Part shown: positions 17,787 to 24,013 of the stretch, piece by piece
Layout: every line of letters starts with the position of its first letter
Position numbering within the stretch: position 1 is the first letter of the stretch
Position numbers and translations under genes: made by a program
Notes under the pieces: generated by a model
Told to the model about the DNA's origin: nothing
What the model saw: only the letters and a program-made list of their open reading frames with translations
Database searches by the model: none
From: an uncultured Gammaproteobacteria bacterium
GTDB lineage: Bacteria; Patescibacteriota; Patescibacteriia; UBA2196
DNA length: 24,013 nucleotides
Direction: 5' to 3'
Assembly (NCBI GenBank): GCA_964506375.1
Contig: CAZDKR010000001.1
Location: forward strand, 1,672-25,684

Positions 17787-18365
17787 TTACTTTTTCCCTA
17801 ATAGTTTTAATGCCTGTTTAACAATTTCGTTTTCATTTTCTATTTCGGCTGGAATTTGGCGCAAGACAGTTCTTATTTCCTGGGTTGAATAGCCAAGGTT
17901 TTGCAGGGCGTCAAAAACACCGTCTTCCGCGCTGGACAAATTTATTTTTTCGCCAATTAGCGGCAGGTCTTTTAATTTATTTTTTAATTCCACTACAATT
18001 CTTTCAGCAGTTTTTTGGCCAATACCAGAGACCTTTCTTAGAAGTGACGGGTCATCTCTTAAGATCGCTTTTTTGATTTCTGAAAGTTTAGCGATTGATA
18101 GCACTTGCAGGGCTGATTTTGGACCAACTCCGGAAATTGAAATTAAAAGCTCAAAAAAGTCTTTTTCATTGCTTTTTTCAAAACCATATAATTCCATGGC
18201 GTTTTCTCTGATATAAAGATGGGTGAAGAGTTCGCGCTGCTCGCCCTGTTTTACTTTTTCTAACAAAGGTTCGGTAATGAAAATTTCATAGCCAATGCCG
18301 TTGACATCCAAGATAATGCTTTTGTGACTTTTAGACTTAATTGTACCAGAAAGGTAAGATATCAT
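17787..18365 (-). CDS. ruvA: Holliday junction branch migration protein RuvA
   Basis: MISYLSG...LDVNGIGYEI...LYGF...F..LISISGVGPKSA...GIGQKTAERIVVELK...L..LGYS. Confidence 0.96.
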   Translation of the reverse strand: MISYLSGTIKSKSHKSIILDVNGIGYEIFITEPLLEKVKQGEQRELFTHLYIRENAMELYGFEKSNEKDFFELLISISGVGPKSALQVLSIAKLSEIKKAILRDDPSLLRKVSGIGQKTAERIVVELKNKLKDLPLIGEKINLSSAEDGVFDALQNLGYSTQEIRTVLRQIPAEIENENEIVKQALKLLGKK

Positions 18366-18424
18366 GATTTTATTGTACTAAACATTAGCTAGAAGATCAA
18401 ATGACGTGTATGGTGTGGTAAAAA

Positions 18425-18433
18425 TGGTATAAT
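18425..18433 (+). promoter_or_regulatory. Extended -10 element for truB
   Basis: TGGTATAAT (TGn-TATAAT); no clear -35. Confidence 0.5.
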
Positions 18434-18485
18434 AAAAACAAACTAGGGATTGTGTCCTTAATTATCCCAAAGTAGACGGAAAGTT

Positions 18486-19208
18486 ATGTTAACTCCTAAA
18501 TTTTTATTAATTAACAAGCCGGCTGGCCCAACCTCACATGACATTGTTGATTATTTGCGCAAAATCACAGGTATTAAAAAAATTGGTCATGCTGGAACCT
18601 TGGACCCATTTGCTTCGGGCTTGCTTTTGGTTGCTGTAGGCAGGGAATCTACCAAAGAAATTTCTAAATTCGTTGGATTGGACAAGGAATATTTGGCCAC
18701 TTTAAAACTGGGAGCAGTGAGCGATACTTATGACCGAACAGGAAATGTTAAAAAATTAAAATCCGCCCGCTGGCAAGGCAATTGCAAAAACATTAAAATA
18801 CAAAAGCAAGAAATAGAAAGAGTCTTGAAAAAGTTTATTGGCGAACAAGAGCAGATTCCGCCAATGTTTTCAGCCAAAAAGGTTGGAGGAAAAAAGTTAT
18901 ACGATTTGGCCAGAAAAGGAATTGAAATAAAAAGAAAGCCGCAAAAAATTGTCATTTATAATATAAAGTTAAAAAACCTTGACCAAGTTGGCGGCCGCTT
19001 GTCATTAATTGTTAGTTGTTCTAGCGGTACTTATATCAGAACTTTAGCCCATGATATTGGCCAAGCTCTTGGTTGCGGTGCTTATTTGGAAGAACTGGTT
19101 AGAACTAAAATTGGCGACTTTAAGCTTGAGGACGCTTTAGAGATTGGCAGGTTAACAAGGGATAATTGGAGGGAGTTTTGTATTAATGTGGACAGATGGT
19201 TAAATTAG
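18486..19208 (+). CDS. truB: tRNA pseudouridine(55) synthase
   Basis: NKPAGPTSHDIV, KIGHAGTLDPFASGLL, QIPPMFSAKK, CSSGTYIRTLAHD. Confidence 0.96.
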   Translation: MLTPKFLLINKPAGPTSHDIVDYLRKITGIKKIGHAGTLDPFASGLLLVAVGRESTKEISKFVGLDKEYLATLKLGAVSDTYDRTGNVKKLKSARWQGNCKNIKIQKQEIERVLKKFIGEQEQIPPMFSAKKVGGKKLYDLARKGIEIKRKPQKIVIYNIKLKNLDQVGGRLSLIVSCSSGTYIRTLAHDIGQALGCGAYLEELVRTKIGDFKLEDALEIGRLTRDNWREFCINVDRWLN

Positions 19209-19228
19209 CTTGAGGTAGCTTGAGGGAG

Positions 19229-19268
19229 TTACTTACTATATATTGCGATCGCAATATATAGTAAGTAA
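19229..19268. repeat. Perfect 40-bp palindrome centred on CGATCG
   Basis: TTACTTACTATATATTGCGA|TCGCAATATATAGTAAGTAA. Confidence 0.95.
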
Positions 19269-19455
19269 ATGTGTAAGTAAAAAAGTTAAACGGGAATATG
19301 CGGCAAAATAAGGGGTTTTAAGAGTTTTTGTATTCATCTTTTGCTTCGCGTGCTTCGCGCTCGCTCCCTGCGTATAAGCGAAAGATGGACATAAAGCAAA
19401 ACCTCTAAAGGTTATTATTAACCAGAACCACAGGCATAAATCTGCGGCGCAGGGG

Positions 19456-19484
19456 TTTACATTAATGCCAATTAGTTATATGAT
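19456..19484 (+). promoter_or_regulatory. Probable sigma70 promoter
   Basis: TTTACA (19456-19461), 17 nt, TATGAT (19479-19484). Confidence 0.55.
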
Positions 19485-19536
19485 TAAGGTAAAGTTTGTA
19501 GCTTAATTTAAAATTAACTAATGATATTTTGCCTAT

Positions 19537-20160
19537 ATGTTAGAAAATATTTTTGGCTCAAGAACCAGGGTAAAATTACTAAAACTTTTCTTAATTCATC
19601 CAGAAAGGAGTTTTTTTGTGCGGGAGTTGGCAAGGAAAACTGGCGAAGAGATAAATTCTATTAGAAGAGAGCTTAATAATTTAGAGGAATTGGGTTTGAT
19701 TAAGGTTGAAAATGAGGCCGGGTTTAACAAAGGCAGCGTCCGCCGCCAGGGCCAAACAAAAAAAGAAAAGAGGAAATTTTATAGCGTTAACACAAATTTT
19801 CTTCTTTATAACGAGTTTAAAAATTTAATTTTAAAGTCTCGGTTCCTTTTAGAAAAGTCATTAGTTAAAGAAATTAACAACTTGGGCAAAGTAAAACTTT
19901 TGGTTTTAAGCGGCGTTTTTGTGGATGACAAGAAAGCCAAAACTGATTTTTTAATTGTAGGCAATATTGACCGGGAAAAATTAAAATTATTAATTGGAAA
20001 ATTAGAAAAGAACTTTGATCAAGAAATCAGGTATACGGTTATGACGACCCAAGAGTTTAATTATCGCAATCGAATTACTGATAAATTTTTATTTGAGATG
20101 TTGGAGGGAAGAAAGATAATAGTAATTGATAATCTTGACAGTCAGCGTTTTTTACATTAG
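19537..20160 (+). CDS. Winged-helix protein with a degenerate nucleotidyltransferase-like C-terminal domain (CPR-type conserved hypothetical)
   Basis: IFGSRTRVKLLKLF...FFVRELARKTGEEINSIRRELNNLEELGLI (HTH). C-terminal LLVLSGVF...TDFLIVG resembles a minimal NTase fold. Confidence 0.65.
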   Translation: MLENIFGSRTRVKLLKLFLIHPERSFFVRELARKTGEEINSIRRELNNLEELGLIKVENEAGFNKGSVRRQGQTKKEKRKFYSVNTNFLLYNEFKNLILKSRFLLEKSLVKEINNLGKVKLLVLSGVFVDDKKAKTDFLIVGNIDREKLKLLIGKLEKNFDQEIRYTVMTTQEFNYRNRITDKFLFEMLEGRKIIVIDNLDSQRFLH

Positions 20161-20233
20161 CCAAGGCTTTATCGCGGGACTACGCGCGGAATCCCGGGCG
20201 CTTGGGGCGCGGAAAAACGCGAAAAATTTGAAG

Positions 20234-20686
20234 ATGTTTTTGTATATTAATACCTCAGATTGCAAAAAAGTAATTTTAGCTTTAATTGATAAAAAAGGCA
20301 GGATTTTAAAATTAAGAAAAGCCAAGGCAGAATATCAGCAGTCAGAAAAGTTGTTGTCATTAATTGAAAAGTTATTGTCTGGCGCTAAAGTTTGCTTGCC
20401 GGGCAGGCAGGCGCCCAGTTTTGGGGTATCTAGTGACAGGAGTTTAAAAGGTGTGATTGTCGTGACTGGTCCAGGTGGTTTTACTTCCTTGCGAATTGGC
20501 ATAGCTACAGCCAATGCCATGGCCTGGGCATTGCAAATCCCAATAGTGGGTGTAAAAAATAATAAAAATGAACCTGACAGCAAATTGGTTATGAGAGGTT
20601 TTAAAAAAATCATAAGGGCAAAGAGATTTAAACAGGTTCTGCCAGAATACGGCAAGGAGCCGAATATTACAATATTAAACACTTAG
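20234..20686 (+). CDS. tsaB: Short t6A biosynthesis protein TsaB
   Basis: ATG 20234 preferred. LYINTS, QSEKLLSLIEKLL, VVTGPGGFTSLRIGIATANAMA, LPEYGKEPNIT. Confidence 0.9.
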   Translation: MFLYINTSDCKKVILALIDKKGRILKLRKAKAEYQQSEKLLSLIEKLLSGAKVCLPGRQAPSFGVSSDRSLKGVIVVTGPGGFTSLRIGIATANAMAWALQIPIVGVKNNKNEPDSKLVMRGFKKIIRAKRFKQVLPEYGKEPNITILNT

Positions 20687-21029
20687 TTTATTTTGAGTTT
20701 TTTGACAGGCAGAGCGTTGCCAAAGGACAAAAGATGTGCCTTGAAGTGGCAATGCCCTTGTTTTTTTAAGATAAAATATTTTTAATAAGCAATTTGGACT
20801 TTTATATTTGTGTTCGCCATCCTTTTCCACTGGCAGAAAATGGCTAAGGAACAAAGGAGATTGCTTGGTAAAGTTTTTGCCATTACTTAAGCGGCGGCAG
20901 GAGTAAAAAAGTAGTTAACCTTTTTCTTCTGTGATTTATTTAACCATAGCGCACATAAAACCAGTGGCGTATATGAAAAAACACAGGAGACATTAAGAAG
21001 GCCAGCTATCTTTTTGTTGGTCATTTTTC

Positions 21030-21058
21030 TTGACATTAAATTTAATCCGTTTTATTAT
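21030..21058 (+). promoter_or_regulatory. Near-consensus sigma70 promoter for secDF
   Basis: TTGACA (21030-21035), 17 nt, TATTAT (21053-21058). Confidence 0.75.
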
Positions 21059-21136
21059 TAGATCAAAGGATGATTGTTTGTTGCCCGTCAGGGTCTTTCC
21101 TTTATGTCTGCGGGTGTTAGGTAATATTTATTATTT

Positions 21137-22804
21137 ATGTCAACAAGAAACGAAAATAGATTAAAAATAATTGCTATTTTTTTATTAGCAATTTTTTGTG
21201 CTTTAGTGGTTTGGCCAAAGGTGCCAGCAGGCACGCCTTTTGAAAATTTTTGGAATAAAACAAAATTTCATTTGGGCCTTGACTTGCAGGGCGGCACTCA
21301 CCTTGTTTACCAAGCAGATGTGTCTAAAATTGAAGAACGGGACCGGGCTTCGGCAGTAGAAGGGGTAAGAGATGTAATTGAGCGAAGAGTAAACGCCTTC
21401 GGCGTTTCAGAGCCAGTGGTGCAGACAAATTTTACTGGCGATCAATATCGCGTTATCGTAGAGTTGGCTGGAGTCAAGGATGTTAACCAAGCCATAAAAA
21501 TGATTGGCGAAACCCCGCTTTTGGAGTTCAAGGAGCAGAATCCCGATTTTAAAACAGGGCTTTCTGAAGATGAAAAGAAACAAATGGAAGAAGAGAACCA
21601 AAAAGTCAAAGAGAAAGCCCAGGATATTTTAAATAAAGTGCTGCAACCCGGAGCAAATTTTGAAGAATACGCTAAAGAATATTCTCAAGACCCTGGTTCA
21701 GCAGCCCAAGGCGGCGATTTGGGCTGGGTTAAAAGAGGAATGTTTGTGCCTGAGTTTGATGAAGTAATTTTTGACAAAATGACTGAAAATGGGATTTATC
21801 CTGAACTGGTTCAAACACAATTTGGCTATCATATTATTAAAAAGATTGGGGAACGGGGCGAAGGCGACAATCGGGAGGTTCACTCAGCTCATATTTTATT
21901 TAAGACAAAAACCGAAGCTGATTTTAAACAAGGTGAAGAGTGGATTAATACCCAACTTTCAGGTAAGCATTTAAAAAGATCGCAAGTCCAATTTGACCCA
22001 AACACCGGGGAGCCGGAAGTTGGCCTTGAATTTAATGACGAAGGCAAGAAATTATTTGCCGAGATTACGACCAGGAATGTTGGCAAACCAGTGGCTATAT
22101 TTTTAGACGGGGTGCCGATTTCAATCCCTAATGTAAAGGAACCGATTAAGGAAGGCAAGGCAGTCATTACTGGTAGATTTAACATTAAAGAAGCCAAGGA
22201 ATTGGTCCAGCGTTTAAATGCCGGCGCTTTGCCAGTGCCAATTCATTTGATTTCCCAGCAAACCGTTGGGGCTTCTCTGGGCAAGGAATCAGTAGAAAAA
22301 AGTTTGACGGCTGGTTTAATAGGGCTTTTGGCAGTGGCTGTGTTTATGATTTTGTATTATCGCCTGCCCGGCTTATTGTCTGTAATTGCTTTAGCGGTTT
22401 ATATTGTTATTGTTTTAACTATTTTTAAAATTTTACCAGTAACCTTGACTTTGGCAGGAGTGGCTGGTTTTATTTTGTCAATTGGCATGGCTGTAGATGC
22501 TAATGTCTTGATTTTTGAGAGATTAAAAGAGGAATTGCGAGCAGGGCGCGAAGTGTCGTCAGCCATAGAAGAAGGCTTCAAAAGGGCTTGGACTTCAATT
22601 CGTGATTCAAATGTTTCAACTTTAATAACTTGTGTCATTTTAATTTGGTTCGGCACTTCAATTATCAAGGGTTTTGCCATTACGCTTGGAATTGGAATTC
22701 TGGTTTCTATGTTTTCAGCTGTTGTGGCGACCAGGTCATTTCTGCGGTTATTTGCCAGCACAAAGGCGGGCAAGGTAAAATGGCTGTTTGGCGTTAACAA
22801 ATAA
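21137..22804 (+). CDS. secD: Protein translocase subunit SecD with an inserted parvulin (PpiC-type) domain
   Basis: LGLDLQGG, RRVNAFGVSEP, LNAGALP, VGASLG, IGMAVDANVLIFER, SIRDSNVST. Confidence 0.96.
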   Translation: MSTRNENRLKIIAIFLLAIFCALVVWPKVPAGTPFENFWNKTKFHLGLDLQGGTHLVYQADVSKIEERDRASAVEGVRDVIERRVNAFGVSEPVVQTNFTGDQYRVIVELAGVKDVNQAIKMIGETPLLEFKEQNPDFKTGLSEDEKKQMEEENQKVKEKAQDILNKVLQPGANFEEYAKEYSQDPGSAAQGGDLGWVKRGMFVPEFDEVIFDKMTENGIYPELVQTQFGYHIIKKIGERGEGDNREVHSAHILFKTKTEADFKQGEEWINTQLSGKHLKRSQVQFDPNTGEPEVGLEFNDEGKKLFAEITTRNVGKPVAIFLDGVPISIPNVKEPIKEGKAVITGRFNIKEAKELVQRLNAGALPVPIHLISQQTVGASLGKESVEKSLTAGLIGLLAVAVFMILYYRLPGLLSVIALAVYIVIVLTIFKILPVTLTLAGVAGFILSIGMAVDANVLIFERLKEELRAGREVSSAIEEGFKRAWTSIRDSNVSTLITCVILIWFGTSIIKGFAITLGIGILVSMFSAVVATRSFLRLFASTKAGKVKWLFGVNK

Positions 22805-22999
22805 TGTTATTTTGATTTCGCAGGCGCGAGTGATAGGGGTCTGTAAAGCAAAAACCAAATAACAAAATTAGAAACTGGAGAAATCAGAAATTGAGACTGC
22901 AAAAACTAAAAATTTTATTTTAGAATAACTAAAGACATATTTATTAATTTAAATAGGCATTCTCGTCGTTTTTTATCCTTGGGAGATATTAGTTTAACT

Positions 23000-24013
23000 A
23001 TGTTAAAAATAATCCAAAATCGTAAAATATTTTTCTTTATCTCCGGCATATTGGTCGCAGGAAGTATTTTAAGTTTGATTTTTTGGGGATTAAATTTGGG
23101 CATTGACTTTACCGGCGGCTCGCTTTTAGAAGTTGAAGTTAAGGGCAAAATGCATTTTTCAACCGAAGATGTGTCGGCTAAAATTAAAAAAAATTTGCCA
23201 GAGATTGGCGAGGTTAGAGTTCAGCCAACCGAAAGCGGTTTTATTATTAGAATGAGAGATTTGTCAGAAGAGGAGCATCAAAAAGTTGTTAAAGAAATTA
23301 AGAAATTAGGAAATAAAGAAATTAAGGAAGAAAAACCAGAAACCAGAAATCAAAACTTAGAAGAAAATAGAGATGATAAGAATTTAGCAACTCAACAATT
23401 TAACAATTCAACAACCAGCAAAGAGGCTGAAAATTTTGAAAAAGACGATTCCCAGCAAGAAATCTTATCCATTCAAGAGAAAAGGTTTGAGTCAATCGGC
23501 CCGATTATTGGTCAAGAATTAAAAACCAAAGCCATTTGGGCAATCGGCATTGCTTTAGTAGTTATAATTTTGTATATTGCTTGGGCATTTAGAAAAGTTT
23601 CCAAGCCTGTTGCCTCATGGAAGTATGGCATGGGCGCAATTGTTGCTTTGATCCACGATATTTTGATTGTTACTGGCGTTTTTTCTGTCCTAGGTCATTT
23701 TTTAGGTTATGAAGTTGGCATTTTATTCGTGACTGCCTTGTTAACAATTTTGGGTTATTCAGTTAATGACACAATCGTGGTTTATGATAGAACTAGGGAA
23801 AATTTGATTTATAACCCTCAGGACACATTTGAAAATACTGTTAACAAGTCTGTTAATGAGACAATTGCTCGTTCAATTAATACTGGCTTAACAACCTTAT
23901 TTGTTTTATTGGCCTTGTATTTCTTAGGCGGCGAGACTATTAAAAGTTTTGTTTTAACATTGATGATTGGAACAGTAGTCGGCACTTACTCATCAATTTT
24001 TATTGCTTCTCCG
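23000..24013 (+). CDS. secF: Protein translocase subunit SecF, 3'-truncated by the window; not in the ORF track
   Basis: ATG 23000 and open to the window end. LGIDFTGGSLLEV, FESIGPIIGQEL, GYSVNDTIVVYDR.REN, RSINT. Confidence 0.95.
   Translation, partial: MLKIIQNRKIFFFISGILVAGSILSLIFWGLNLGIDFTGGSLLEVEVKGKMHFSTEDVSAKIKKNLPEIGEVRVQPTESGFIIRMRDLSEEEHQKVVKEIKKLGNKEIKEEKPETRNQNLEENRDDKNLATQQFNNSTTSKEAENFEKDDSQQEILSIQEKRFESIGPIIGQELKTKAIWAIGIALVVIILYIAWAFRKVSKPVASWKYGMGAIVALIHDILIVTGVFSVLGHFLGYEVGILFVTALLTILGYSVNDTIVVYDRTRENLIYNPQDTFENTVNKSVNETIARSINTGLTTLFVLLALYFLGGETIKSFVLTLMIGTVVGTYSSIFIASP

Noticed and set aside
19245-19252. GCGATCGC as a cyanobacterial HIP1 repeat
   Set aside because: It is a single occurrence; HIP1 is defined by high genome-wide abundance.
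20126-20233. N-terminal extension of TsaB in the ORF track
   Set aside because: It overlaps the upstream gene and a repeat-rich spacer; the family motif starts at ATG 20234.

Overview
AT-rich housekeeping region of a bacterium using genetic code 11. Gene content and protein forms suggest Patescibacteria/CPR (Parcubacteria-like); this is an inference. Gene order: 3' part of a VirD4/TraG-like ATPase, clpB, short alaS, a membrane-anchored baseplate-J-like protein, infA-rpmJ-rpsM-rpsK-rpsD-rpoA-rplQ-rplM-rpsI, then on the minus strand a PaaX/Cas2-like wHTH gene, murE, a lysylphosphatidylglycerol-synthase-type membrane protein, tRNA-Arg(CCG), a FemAB-family transferase and ruvA, then truB, a wHTH protein, tsaB, secD and a 3'-truncated secF. 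No CRISPR array, transposase or integrase was seen. The most unusual signals are: (1) the PaaX/Cas2-like gene is bracketed by a 25-bp direct repeat built on CGATCG-centred palindromes, and similar palindromes lie in two other spacers; (2) short palindromic elements and 7-8-nt-period micro-arrays occur in spacers and also in frame inside conserved genes; (3) RpoA lacks the alpha-CTD and instead ends in an AT-hook motif; (4) SecD carries an apparently circularly permuted parvulin domain; (5) the tRNA sits inside a 17-bp leader-trailer helix. All family calls are by-eye motif recognition; no database searches were run.
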